Source: Anthoceros angustus (Eukaryota > Plantae > Anthocerotophyta). Taken from it: a stretch of 64,000 bases of DNA. Positions 1 through 12,590 of the stretch are shown piece by piece. Position 1 is the first letter of the stretch. The number at the start of each line of letters is the position of its first letter. The notes below the pieces were generated by a model, which was given only the letters and a program-made list of their open reading frames with translations, searched no databases and was not told the DNA's origin. The stretch covers positions 1,922,001 through 1,986,000 of the forward strand of contig MU008160.1 of the NCBI GenBank assembly GCA_010909165.1, given 5' to 3'. Both the position numbers and the translations under genes were made by a program.

Positions 1-254
1 CCAGCATGCGTTTACATTTAGGCTGCTACGACATCGGCTGACATCACGATGTATAACATCTTCTGCCGAGCGGAAAATGATCTGTCCAAAAGTTCAACCA
101 ATTGAAAGCGAGTAGGTAGGGTGTGCGCGAATCCTCGTATCGCCAGCAATGTGCCTTTTTCTTAATGGTACCTAGAATGAAAGCAACGATGAAATGGTCG
201 ATATCGAAGAAGGTAATGATCTTTTCTTCATTTGACTATTAAATAGCCGTTTCG

Positions 255-1590
255 TTGAAATCAATGTCTAAAATGATTGTTTCTATAGAAAGCGACCACA
301 GGAGTAGAGAGCCAACGAATATTGACAGCTTGCGGTCAGACAATTATGTTCCCACCCACGGGGATCCAGGATATGGCGACAGACCGGAGTTTGAAATCCC
401 ACTCCTTGAAATACGGAAGATAGTTGAAAAAGGTACTACATTTCAGTATTCTGGTTTGAATTTTCTGAGGCAACTAATTGAATGTATGTTTTCTAGTCCT
501 CTTAGAGCACATTATGTTCACATCCATGGACAAACAAGACTTGCAACTCCTTTGCAAGGTGCCTGCACAATTGGACAAATTTAAAAAGGTAAAGATTCTT
601 GGTCCCACATTCTTATAGACTGTAGGACTGTAGAATTGTTGTTAGCATGCTTACAATGTCAATCCAATTTAATGTATTTGCAGGATATTAAAAAGAATCT
701 CCGAACAACAGCTCAGTTAGAGTTGGAGACCATGACTCTAGTGAGAAGGTTCAACGGACATCAAATCTCGATTCAATCTATACCCGAGGTAAACCAACAA
801 ATGCCTTCATACCATTTTTTAGTTTAGTTCTAATTATTCATCAATTTGTTTGCAGAGTGCTACAGAACAAGCAGCTGTTGCTAAGGAAATCAAAGACAAA
901 ATACACGCATTTGACGAGAAAATTGACAACACAGACATCTCACATCAGGTTGCTCAAAGTCATCATTGAGCATTTTTATGTGAGAATTTATAAATTACAC
1001 TAATTTCTGCAATTCTTTAGGGAAAAAAGAGGAAAATAGAAGACTTTGAAGATAATGGACCAACTTATGGCCCTTCTAAAGAATTTACAGAATTTGGCAA
1101 ATGGATGAATAACTTCCAGTATCCACAAATATTCCAAGATTTTAAGAATAAATATGTTCCCATTTGGGAGCATAGTCTTAAAGACCCAGTGCAACCAATC
1201 CCCCATGAAGATGGGTCTACACCAACTCTACAGCAGCACATGGAGATTCAAAAAAGTAAGATCTTTGGGTTGTTTATTTTATGTAGTGAATTATATGTTT
1301 TGATATATTGCATATTGTTAATGTAGAGATATCAGAAGCCATTCAAAATAAGGAGCTGAAAACTACAAACTAGTTGTCCCTCACGGAAGGTCCGGAAACA
1401 ACAAAAAACATCCAAAAAGTATATTCATTTTAAGTTGATTTATCAGAGAAAATGAAAATTCTAACATTTGTCTCTCTTCCAGAACTTAAAATCACACTTC
1501 TGCAGTGTGGGAAATCTTCACAGCACCTGCCTAACGTTAGTCAGAAAGGTATTTACCGAGCAGGATCTACTTCGATTTGAAATGGAGGTA
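255..1590 (+). CDS. Multi-exon gene (or TE-associated gene) of unknown function, boundaries uncertain
   Basis: Short coding-like blocks bounded by canonical splice sites (ttgcag|GATATT ~684, CCCGAG|gtaaac ~788, ttgcag|AGTGC ~856, CATCAG|gttg ~948, ctttag|GGAAA 1020, AAAAA|gtaag ~1255). No family motif recognised. Confidence 0.35.
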
Positions 1591-1829
1591 AATGATTAAC
1601 TTATTTGTACCTTCGTTTGTAGTTATCGAAGAATCAAAAGGAGTTGTTTGCAGTGTTTGAGGTTAGTATATGATATTGTCAGTGTTGAAGTTTTAGAAGT
1701 GAAATTTCTGACAATTAATATTGCATGTAGAAATATTCGCGTTTGGACGAGATCTTTCAGATGATAAATTTTCTATCTGGACCGTATAACGAACAGAAAA
1801 GAAGACATTACTCTGAAGACATGATACCA

Positions 1830-2201
1830 CCAAAATCACCCGTCTATACCTCATCGACACGAGTAGAATACGCTTAGAAAGTATTCTACCAGATAACTAT
1901 GAAGGTTCGGAAAACTGTGAAACCGTGAAACTGCTGGGACAATTACTAAGAAGTGCAAAAGCAGAAATGATAACGTAAATTTTACACTAAAGAGAGAGAA
2001 AAGAGAGCTATAAGCTGGGTGGGTAAGGCAGCTCTTAAAAAACCTGGACCTCTGCCCGCCTCGGTGTCTGGCGCGTCTCGGCACTGGCTCCCGCCGAGGG
2101 AATGGACTCGCGTCAGGGTGCACGGCCTAGAACGGTCTCGGCCTAACAGCCTCGACCGTTCTCGGCCGTGATGCCCCTCCGTGCGTCCGTTCCCTAATAC
2201 A
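1830..2201 (-). mobile_element. Possible LTR-like segment truncating the copia RT
   Basis: The minus strand starts TGTATTAGGG exactly where the copia RT reading (…GYTQRVGDDY) ends. The left boundary is uncertain. Confidence 0.3.
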
Positions 2202-3585
2202 TTGTAATCGTCCCCTACACGTTGAGTGTAACCTTGTGCTACAAGCCTTGCCTTGTAGCGGTCTATGGCGCCGTCGGCAATTACTTTATCTTGAATGTCC
2301 ACTTGCTGCCGACCGCAGACCTGCCAGGTGGTAGATCGCAGACGCGCCATGTGATGTTGGCCTATAGTGACTGGAACTCGTCGTCAACGGCTGTCTTCCA
2401 CTCTACTGCTTGTGGCCCGGACAGGACGACAAAAAGTGTGGTAGGCTCCAAGACTTCTGAAGTGGAAAGCAAGACTTGAAAGGGAGGAAATGTGGCCATA
2501 TTGGTGGCCTGCATATTGGAGGTTCCTTGAGTTTGCTCAACGTTCTCAAGCGCTTTCCTGCTAAGAGTCCGTTCCCTCGTCGAGCGCCAAAGGGCAGGAG
2601 GTCCATCTGCAGGAGAAGGTAAGTCAGGGGGGTGAGATACCTCTTCGGCGAGGATGAGGGGGAACCCACCAAGGTCAAGGTCTGAGTCTCCACTGCTGGA
2701 TGGCAGGGGAGTGAAAGGAGCTCGAGAGGTGGATGGAGTTGTAGGGGAAGCCGGAGAGACGGGAGGAATAGGCGCCGGTGTGGGCATGAGGGCAATCACC
2801 AGTGGGCGGATTACAGCTGGAGGAACATAGGGAGTGTGTGTAGCTGGCGGAGGTGCGGGCTCCCATTCATCCTCCCCCCCTGCACCAACGTCAGTGAAAA
2901 CATCCAGGTCAGGGACAACAACATCTCCCCCAGCATCGGGAGAGAGAAGGAGGGGTTCCTCATTGAAGATAACATCGCGAGCGAAGATAAGGTGCCGAGA
3001 GTCCGTCAAGTATATCCGGTAGGCCTTGACAGTGTCGCCGTAGCCAAGGAGGATGCTTGCTTTGGACTTCAAATCAAGCTTTCGCCGCAACGCCTTGGGA
3101 ACGTGAACAAAGGCGGGGCAGCCAAAAATGCGGAGGTGGCTGAGGTCGGGCTTACGGCCAGTCCATGCTTCATAAGGAGTTTTGCCGTCGATCGCCTTAG
3201 TGGGTAGGCGATTAAGAAGGTAATTAGTTGTATTCAAAGCCTCACCCCAAAAGCGGTTAGATAGGGAAGCATGATGCAGCATAGACCGGCCCATCTCCAC
3301 TTGAGTGTGGTGGCGGCACTCAACAACCTCGTTCTGCTCGGGAGTGTAAGGCACGGTGGTCTGGCGGATAATACCATGTTGTTGGCAATGGTCGCCAAAC
3401 ACAGTGGAGTCGAACTCCCCCCCACCGTCGCTCCGAAGGGTCCGAAGCTTGCAGCCGAGTTGATTCTCCACCTCAGATTGCCAAGTAACGAAGGTGGAGA
3501 AGGTATCGGACTTGGCTGCAAGGAAATAGACCCAGCCAAAGCCGGTATAATCGTCGATAAAGCTGACTTGGTAGAGAGACCCCTG

Positions 3586-4209
3586 GAGAGAGGGTGTTTG
3601 CATAGGGCCTAACAAGTCAGTATGGACGAGGTCGAGGGGAAGAGGACGAGGTCGAGGGGAAGAGGACTCTGATGGGAGCCAACGGGGAAGGGCTTGCGCT
3701 GCTACTTGCCAAAGGCACAGCTGCGGCAAAAAGAGAGGTTAGCAACGGATTTATAAGGGAGGCCAAAGACATATCCATCCTGCGCCAAAGCCTTCACCCG
3801 TTGTGTCCCTGCGTGACCCAACTAAAGGTGCCATAGATCTGCTAAGGGAGAAGACACAGGAACTAAAGGAGCTATCGGGGTGAGACAAACTCCCCTCTCG
3901 GAGAGAGGGTGTTTGCATAGGGCCTAACAAGTCAGTATGGACGAGGTCGAGGGGAAGAGGACGAGGTCGAGGGGAAGAGGACTCTGATGGGAGCCAACGG
4001 GGAAGGGCTTGCGCTGCTACTTGCCAAAGGCACAGCTGCGGCAAAAAGAGAGGTTAGCAACGGATTTATAAGGGAGGCCAAAGACATATCCATCCCGCCA
4101 AAGTTTCTTGTGTCCTGCGTGACCCAACTAAAGGTGCCATAGATCTGCTAAGGGAGAAGACACAGGAACTAAAGGAGCTATCGGGGTGAGACAAACTCCC
4201 CCTCTCGGG
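3586..4209. repeat. ~315-bp tandem duplication inside the copia element
   Basis: 3586-3900 is repeated at 3901-4209; the ORF track shows identical N-termini MPQLCLWQVAAQ…. Confidence 0.9.
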
Positions 4210-4410
4210 GCGAGAGAGGACCTCATGTGCCTTATAGGGGGGGCTGGTGCCTAGAGCAAAGAGCCGCCCGATCCGCTGGTAGACTGTAATAAGTTGGCGA
4301 GAGGCGTCGAAGATAGAGCACTTGGTAGGGGCAAAGTTGAAAGTGTAGCCGGCTTCAAGCGCCTACCCAACGGAAACAAGGTTCTTACTTAAGTGAGGGA
4401 CATATAGCAC

Positions 4411-4500
4411 GAGAGGTACGGGGAAGGCGTGAGGTACGGGGAAGGCGAGAGGTACGGGGAAGGCGAGAGGTACGGGGAAGGCGTGAGGTACGGGGAAGGC
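4411..4500. repeat. 18-bp minisatellite x5 (GWGAGGTACGGGGAAGGC)
   Basis: Five contiguous units read directly. Confidence 0.9.
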
Positions 4501-4725
4501 GTGAAAGCAGATGGGGAAAGGGGGGGGGAGGCAAAATGCCTCTCTCCCGTCCTAGGAGGCATGAATAAGGGTAGGCCTAGCGGCCCATCAAATCATGAGA
4601 TATGAAGGGGGGCCAAACGTATTGAGGAGGCGAGTCCGCCCTACTCGAAATGAAAGTCAGCTTAGTCCATCTTTTGACAGGGTAGATGGAAGTGCTAGGT
4701 CTCGCCATTACGATCGAGCATCCTA

Positions 4726-4737
4726 GCTCTGATACCA
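4726..4737 (-). promoter_or_regulatory. Primer binding site (tRNA-iMet) TGGTATCAGAGC
   Basis: gctctgatacca at 4726-4737 is the reverse complement of the canonical plant PBS. Confidence 0.9.
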
Positions 4738-4855
4738 TATAAAATCAGTGGGTGCGAGGGAATGTAAGAATGATTGATTTGCACTTGGTTACAGCACCTC
4801 TTATAGTCACCCCGAAAGGGTGTGACTCTTGGAGGAGGAGGAGGTTTGCCTAACA
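4738..4855 (-). repeat. Putative short 5' LTR (~118 bp, TGTTAGG…TTTTATA)
   Basis: Begins TG on the minus strand at 4855 and abuts the PBS. No second copy is seen in the window. Confidence 0.6.
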
Positions 4856-5149
4856 TCTAGACTGATATTCTAATATCCATGCATGGCACTTGTGGATGCG
4901 GCCATGTCCACTCTCTGCTCCGAGAGCAGGTGCTAGCAGGCTGTGGGCCAGGGATGCATTTCTTGATATGTTTGAGCACCAATCCTAGATTGAGGTTTGA
5001 CAGTGTGCTCCCCGGCCCATGCTTATGGCTTTCCAGGATTCCAGCCGGCAGTTCAGCAAACGTACACAGCCGCAAACCATGACGTGATACCACAGAAGGT
5101 GGATACCCTGTCAGAACCACTCCCAAACATATGAGAGGTGCACATCCAA

Positions 5150-5360
5150 GGCAGCCACATGCATTCATGTACGATGTCTCCTGCAGCACGACTTTACAAA
5201 GGAGCACTCCCTGCATGCTACAAGTCAATTACAACTTTTAGCGTTAGAGCTCCTCCCGGCAAACAGGGCACGCGACTGGTCACACCAGATGAACCCAACA
5301 TCTATTACTTGTCCCTTGCATCTTGCGTCTCCTTTTGAAGAAGAGTCACTTGCACATAAC
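5150..5360 (-). pseudogene. Degenerate genomic duplicate of two SURF6 exons plus the intervening intron
   Basis: Aligns by eye to 13110-13325 (e.g. cacaccagatgaacc-aacatctattac, tgtctcctgc-gcacgactt). Confidence 0.75.
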
Positions 5361-6269
5361 GCAGCAAATTCAATCCTGTCATGCAATTCTGTTCTTGTCG
5401 AGTACAGTAGTAAACGGCTGACGGAAAGGACGTGACTTGTGGGGCTGCACAAGAAAGAAATAAAACATTGAGAAGATCCTGAAAACTTAATCTATAATTA
5501 AAAAAAACTTTTAGAGTACACATTATGTTGATTCCTTATACAATCCATGTCTGCAGATAAAGTACAATGGTTTCCTCTCCTAGAACCTCCATGAGAGGAA
5601 AGAAATATTATCATAGTTGATAGGAAAAAACTTACGTATCCTCTTGACAATGCTATCCAAAATATTAGAGACAGGGGTTCCCACTAAAGAATGTTGTTCT
5701 AAACTTTGTACCAAAATTAGGAATGTGCCCACAAAGAACATTACGTGATAAATCTAAGGTTAGGCGTTACATTCCACCCTTCAGTTTCAAGAGTAGGCAG
5801 TAAACCGGTTATGACATTTCGCAATGGTAGGGCTTCAATCGGCTTGAGGAAACAAAGATCATAGCCGAGTTACGTTTTCGGCCTCATAGTCGTGGCTACA
5901 ATCTTTGTTTTAAAGATGGGCCCGGCGAGTGGCTAAGCACAGAGTTGGAGTTCTATTGGGTCTAACAAGCTAGAGGTCAACCTTGTCAAGAAAAAGAAAA
6001 AAAAAAGTGAAACATTTTTCGTATCCTTTTCGATACATCATAGGGCTCATGCCCTCACAGGGTTAGTTTTTAAACTTTACTTCTTTTTTTTCACCTATCC
6101 TTATAAATGTAATTACACCAAAACGCAAGGATGGAATAGATAAAGAGTGTAACATAAAGGCATAGCACTTCAATGTAATAAATGCATGTTATATGTAGGG
6201 AGGTCTATCGAAATGGGTACTAGAAGTTGTTCTAAGAGCTACGCAATTGAAAGCTCAGTTTATAGTTTA

Positions 6270-6430
6270 CGTACTTTAAATAACTACAATTAAACACAAT
6301 AATTTCTATGCATATCAATTTTTAAATTTTTAGAAAGATTGTATTACATGTACTTTAAATAACTACAATTAAACACAATAATTTCTATGCATATCAATTT
6401 TTAAATTTTTAGAAAGATTGTATTACATGA
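6270..6430. repeat. ~79-bp AT-rich tandem duplication
   Basis: gtactttaaataactacaattaaacac… occurs twice in tandem. Confidence 0.85.
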
Positions 6431-6823
6431 AGACGTTACTATTTCAAGTATACACCATCCATATTTCCTCTTCAAGAATATTCTATTTGGAAATTTTTAT
6501 TCCCTCTCCTTTCCACTTCTAGTATACCTTGAATTGCAACTCAATTTGCTCTCTTACTACTTCTGGTACAATATGAGTTGCAACTGAGTACTAAGTTAAA
6601 GATTCCTATTCCAACTCTTAGTTACTTTCATTTTTATGGTGTAACTTGCATCGTAAGCTATTAGCCTCATTGCTATATAAACACGGTCATTAGTCTCATT
6701 TATCTCAATCATTCTTTTGAGCAAAATCAAACCTATTAGACTTATGTTTCTGACATTAACATTACTTCTAGCTATCATAGAAAGAATATTGAATCTTTGA
6801 GTCAATTACAATAGAGTATCACG

Positions 6824-8537
6824 ATGAAGAGCTTCATTCAAAACTCGTTAAGCTCTTCATACGTTGCACTTTTGATTTATGTTGTTGTGACTATTTTGTG
6901 GAGTACAAAGGCTAATGCTCGACCTTTTTTTCCCAAAAATTTCACAATAAAGGGTCTTGACTTTGAAATACCAAAAGTCAATACTTCATTGCAAGCTCTT
7001 TTTGCCTTTGGAGATTCCACCGTAGATGTGGGAAATAATGCACTATTACCGGGAGCAATAGCTAATGCTAATCATCCACCTTATGGAAGAGATTTTGACA
7101 CTCATGTACCAACAGGAAGGTTTTCCAATGGCAGATTGGGTATTGATTATATAGGTATGTATATATATGTAGACACATATAGACTATTCAAAATATCTAT
7201 AGGTGCTTTATTTGGTTACCGCATTCTATTCGAGTGCATATGTCAAATTGAGGTCGGTTAATATCTCTAATATGTTTATGTTTTTTGTACGTTATGTTTC
7301 AGCCGAGGGCATGGGTCTTCCATTTCCCGGTCCTTTCTTAGGGTTGAAGAATGCCAGTGATTACACAAGGGGAGTAAATTTTGCGTCAGCAGGGAGTGGA
7401 ATTTCGGAGTCTAGCGGATATGATTTGGTATAATGTTCATAAAGTTTAGAAAGTTTTCCAGGCTCAGGGTTTAGTTGTCTTTCATTGAATAATTTTATAA
7501 ATCAAAATAAAATATGAAAATAGGTAATGAACTGTTGTTTTTTGCAGGGAAAAAGAATCCCATTAAAGCAACAAATTAAAGACTTTTTTCATGTGCGAGA
7601 TGGTTTAAATACTTTGCTTGGTACCAAAGCAACAAGTAATTTGATCTCTAATTCATTATTTTATTTTTCCACGGGAAATAATGATTTTCTGCACAACTAT
7701 CTAGCCAATTATACTGCCCATGCAATAAACAAAGATGTCATTCTTCAACCAATGGAAGAGTTTAGTTCTATGCTTGTCAAAGAATTCAGCCGACAAGTTG
7801 AGGTGATTCTGAAACATTAACTTTTTAAGATCATATCATAGTAAAATTTTAATTTAATTTATCATATTCATATTAACATTATGTCTTTACTCGTTCTCTC
7901 TTCATATTCAGGTACTTATTTCGGCTGGGGCTAGAAGATTTGTTGTTGTAGGCATCGCTCCTCTTGGGTGTATGCCTGAGGCTTTGGAGAAATGGATGAG
8001 TCCAAATGGCTCATGCATCACTCCTATCAACAACCTTTTGCAACGTTTTAATAGTGATTTAAAAGATAAGATTCTTGAACTAAATTCAAAGTTCAATAAT
8101 GTGAAGCTAGTTGTCTGTAATATCTTCGACCTCTTACAAAATATAAGTTCATCCCCAAATGAATATGGTATTTATTTTACTTTTTTCTATATGTATCTCT
8201 TCTTATATATGTTGTATGCTTGTTTTTTCTAATTTAAATTTATCAAAATTTATTTTTTAATAATTCAGGTTATGAACTTACAACTGACTCATGTCTTTTT
8301 CATATAGGATTCCAAATTGGAGACAAAGCATGTTGTGGCATTGGAATATATGGAGGCGCATCACCATGTTGGTCTAGTTTGGAGCTTTGTTCTAATACAT
8401 CCAACTATGTTTGGTGGGACCAATATCACCCATCACACTTAGCCAATGGTATAATTACCTCACAGCTCTGGACCGGAGATGCTAATGTAATCTTACCCAT
8501 GAATATTGAACAACTTTTACAATGGGGTCAACACTAG
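6824..8537 (+). CDS. GDSL esterase/lipase (SGNH hydrolase), 5 exons, secreted
   Basis: Exons 6824-7154, 7303-7427, 7548-7802, 7912-8167, 8308-8537. Motifs FGDSTVDVGNN, PYGRDF, PTGRFSNGR, GVNFASAGSG, GNND, GARRF, ACCG and WDQYHPS (DxxH). Hydrophobic N-terminus. Confidence 0.95.
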
Positions 8538-8869
8538 AAATAGATACCCATAACAATTTTAGAGATATTTAAAAAATTTTATTTTAAATTAAAATTTTTA
8601 ATATTGAATCCAACAACTTGAGATGAAGAAGGCTTCATTCTCCACAAGCAAGAAAATAAACAAACATTGCAGAAATTTTATCCATTTAAATAGGCAGTCA
8701 TGATCATAGATTATGATAGTTATGTAGAAATGAAGTGTATATTGAATTTGCTGTAAATAGGAGCGGGTAACCATAAAAATATAATCTCTACTTTTAGCAT
8801 ATGTACCTACCTACTTGTGAAGTCACTAATTGCCTCCCTTGCCAAGAGTGCGGGGCACATTGATCCTCA

Positions 8870-9040
8870 GTTGTACACACCTTTTCGGCTCCTAACCTAG
8901 GGGGATGACTCCCCTCTAACTACTCTTTCTTTCTCCTCCCGTCACACACTCCTAAACGATCGTACACACATCTTTTCGGCTCCTAACCTAGGGGAATAAC
9001 TCCCCTCTAACTACTCTTTCTTTCTCCTCCCGTCACACAC
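8870..9040. repeat. ~90-bp near-tandem duplication
   Basis: cttttcggctcctaacctagggg…tttctcctcccgtcacacac occurs twice. Confidence 0.8.
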
Positions 9041-10639
9041 CGCACAACGTTGTTTTCTCGTATGTCGTTAGAAGCGTCGCTAGGTACATGGTCCACGAGG
9101 TGAGGGAAGGGAAACCGGTCTTACCATTCCAGGTGTGGCTCATACCATGCAGTTACGTCGTAAGGTGACGTCATCGAAAGGGAGTTAGCAACGCCCTACT
9201 TTGTTGTACGTCCTCAGCACACGTACAATGCTCATACTCAAATACTCAGCACTCACCGTGCCTCCTGCTCAACTACTCAGCACTCAACCATGTCCAGAGA
9301 TTGATCTTCCCCCACACACCTACCAGTGCCCCAGTACTTTACCACACCTCCTGTGCAGTACTTTCACTTGGACCCATATCCAGTAGTGGAGTTTCTAGAG
9401 CTCACCTTTTCGAGGAGTTTCTCACCTAGATCGGCTCACTCTTCGCTTTACAAACCCTCATCATTTTCCATTAATCCACCTACACACACTTTATACTCTA
9501 TAATATTCCTATGATAGCAAAGGTGCCACGCTGCGCAGATTCAGGCCGTCCCCCACCCACCTACTAGCGTCCCGATACTTGCCACACCTCCCATGCACCC
9601 TTTTCCCTCGTACCCATACTTAGTAGTGGAGTTTTGAGAGCTCACCCTTTCATGGAGTTCCTCACCTAGGGAGTTATGTTGCAGTCTTGTGTGTTTGTAT
9701 GATGTTTGTATTAAAACAAGTCACGGGAATGTTTTTAAAACAGAGCTAGATCAACAAAGAACATGTCTTTAGAAGTGACCCAAAAGTACAAAGAATGTTT
9801 TTCACTCATTCAAATAGAGAGGGCTAACAAAGTTTGGTTGCCTTGTCGATCTTGTACGTCATGAATTACCATTAAGAGTAGATGATGACGAATATATTAC
9901 CCTGATGTGTACAACGAGGAGGAAGTACCCTTCTATTCACTATTAGCACCCATCACCAATACATGCCGGTTCTTCCTTGCACCACATCCATCCATACCGT
10001 GCACCTGGCCAATACACAATAAGTTTAGTACAAGGAGGCTTACACATAAAGGGAAGTTGGACTGGCCAATACACTATACGTTTAGTACAGCGAGGCTTAA
10101 AGATCAGGGGAAGTTGGAGGGCGACACTGTCCCATGTCAAGTCCATATCATTTCAGACTCACTCTCTCAACATCAGTATATCGGCAGCGGCACTCCACCA
10201 CTAGCAATTGCAATGCACCCTAGAATTATCTAGAGCTCCACCGCTTAACTTAAGGTTCCTATGTAAACTCAAAATTGTCGGTATTGTAACTCAAAATTGT
10301 CGGTATCGTGAACAACACTTGCTTGAGGGCCAGAGGCAAGCCTATGCTTTGGTAGGGAAAGACAGGTAAGGGAGGTTCAACTTTGTAGTGCAGGGGGCTA
10401 ATTGGGCTTGTTGGGCAATATGCAATTAACGGCCACAAAGGGAACTATGGTGGAGCCTGATCGCTATAGTCCTCTATCGGCTTGCATTGGCAAATCCCTG
10501 TTGATATGGATGTTGTGCTTTGGCACAAAGCAAGGAGCGTGGCCCATTTAGCACAAGGAGGTGTACATAGTATGTACGGGGTGAAGACATTGTACCTAGC
10601 AATGAGGTTGGCTCTCAATAGCTAAGAATTTGCTGGAAG

Positions 10640-11911
10640 GTACAATGGCGGTATAGCAATCCTCCAGCAATGAAGAACGATGGTGGAATTCCACTTGACA
10701 ATTGCGTGGACCATAATTCCAAATCTTGTGAACGATTTAGTGGGCCAGATTCCTCGGGAATGGATCGTGCAACCTTCACAGTCCAGGCTTCACCGGTTTA
10801 TGCTCCCACACTGATCCCGTGAAAGTTCTGGCAAAAAGCCAATGCAGAGGGGATGTTCCATTCAATACCATCTTCGGAAATCTCGAGGTCGTCCAAGTAG
10901 GTATTGTTACCTACTGCTGGGGGAATGGGCCCGCTAAATCGGTTCCCAATCAAGTCTAGTTCGCTCAACGAGCTGGCAAAGTCACTGGGAATATGCCCTG
11001 TAAACTGATTCACGACCAGGTCAATTCCCTGCAGAGCAGTAGCATTTGAAAAAGAAGGAGCTTCCCAGCCTTTTCAGTGCGTGTGATAACCAATTTTTGC
11101 AAGTTCTGCATCTGCCCAAAGCTCTCCGGTATGCTTCCACTAAGGTTGTTCGGGGAATACGTAAAGTAACCCACATCTCCATCCCCGCCTTCCGAATCCG
11201 TCACGCCAAGGTTGGATGACATTCCTACCTACAACTGTTGCAACTGAGTGCACAAGCCCAGCTCCCTCAAGTTGCCTAGAGTCCTTGGTATCTAACCTTG
11301 TAGAAGGTTTTGGTTCAAGTACAGTGTTTACAAGGTCTTGAGGCTACCGATCTCTGCAGGGATGCTACCCTTTACTTGAATTCCTTTGTCATTAAAATCT
11401 GCGGAGATGACATGCTGCTGAAAACGGCAAACGCCTCCTTTGAGGATCCACGAATCAGGCTCCTCCGATTGGTGAGCTTGGCATCGACACCCACCGCAAA
11501 GACAGCCAGCTTGGTACATGCCCTAAGCTCCGCAGGCAACTCCCCTGCCAATCCCGCATTGGCCAGCAGGTCGAGGTAGATGAGGTTAGTTAGATTCCCT
11601 ACCAGCGGGGGAATGCGTCCTGCGAAATCGTTTCCCGACAAGTCAAGCCACTCTCATCTGGCAAGGCTCCCAAACGAAGCCGGGATGCTGCCATTGAAAA
11701 AGTTGGAACTGAGATCCAAAACCTCATCCCCTGCTCGAACGCAGTCAGAATCTGTCATTGCACGGACGAGTATACATCCCCATCCGACGTTGAGATGTTG
11801 GAAGGGTCAGCAAAGCTTCTGCCACTGCCGGCGAGTCATGCTGCTGCACAACATCACCCAAAAAGCAACAAGGTAGCATAGCCTGATGAGAGCCATGAAG
11901 TTAGTTCCCAT
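10640..11911 (-). pseudogene. LRR receptor-like protein/kinase pseudogene
   Basis: Signal-like MGTNFMALIRLCYLVAFWVML from ATG 11911. Plant LRR consensus fragments (LSGNDFAGRIPPLVGNLTNLIYLDL, NNLSGSIPESFGQMQNLQKL, NQFTGHIPSDF, GNRFSGPIP) are split over frames with stops. Confidence 0.85.
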
Positions 11912-12590
11912 ATGACAGTACGGTAGGTAGGAAGGGCGCCCCCGCACCAGGGTCTGGCAACTGTAAGCTCACGAGCTAACTTGTGAAGATGAGAAAAACG
12001 TGCCACTGAAAGAATTCAGAAAGAAATGGCTACAGACTGTCTGGTGCAGAAGTCCGGCATCCTCATTCGAAACTTGTTCTTGATATAGGTGTGCGCGGCT
12101 GGGCGTAAGCATCAGCTGGCCACATCTGGGTCTGGCCAGATGAAGGTCCGATTGATACAAGAAAGGGCACGGTGTTCACCACTCACCCTACAGGTGCCTA
12201 GTCAACAATTCAAGAACAACCAATAGACCGGTTGACGAACACGACAACCACTTAACGAAATGACATTCACCATGTACATAGTCCTAGTGTGCCTTCGGAG
12301 ACACAGATGGTGAACTAGCTTGGTAGAATACAAACGTGAGCTAGGGCGAGGCGTAGATGAAAATTTTCGTTGCCGCAGGTGTAAGCCTTCAGGCAACTTG
12401 CATCTCACAGCTGCAGCCCCACAACATCCTGTCGCAGAGAACAAATTTAAGTAAAAAAGCCGAATCACAGCGTTAAATTGTTTCCCTGAATCGAGTCCAG
12501 AGACACAGCATGATGGCAGCATAATGTTACCTTCATGCTTTCAATTTGAAGTCTGATATGTTACATACAAGCTCTCCCCAACTGGGACGC

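Larger units (their letters stand above)
2202..4855 (-). mobile_element. Ty1/copia LTR retrotransposon, degenerate (gag largely deleted, RT truncated)
   Basis: Integrase motifs DLVHTDLLGP, FIDDYTGF, LRSDGGGEF, TTVPYTPEQN and HLRIFGCPAFVHVPK (ORF 2362-3729). RT start RYKARLVAQGYTQ lies downstream of INT (copia order). VLYVPHLSKNLVSVG at ~4370-4410. tRNA-iMet PBS and short LTR upstream. Confidence 0.93.

Noticed and set aside
9860-10200. Short ORFs with a repeated GQYTIxLVQxGL unit
   Set aside because: Produced by a ~60-bp local duplication in degenerate repeat DNA; no domain evidence.
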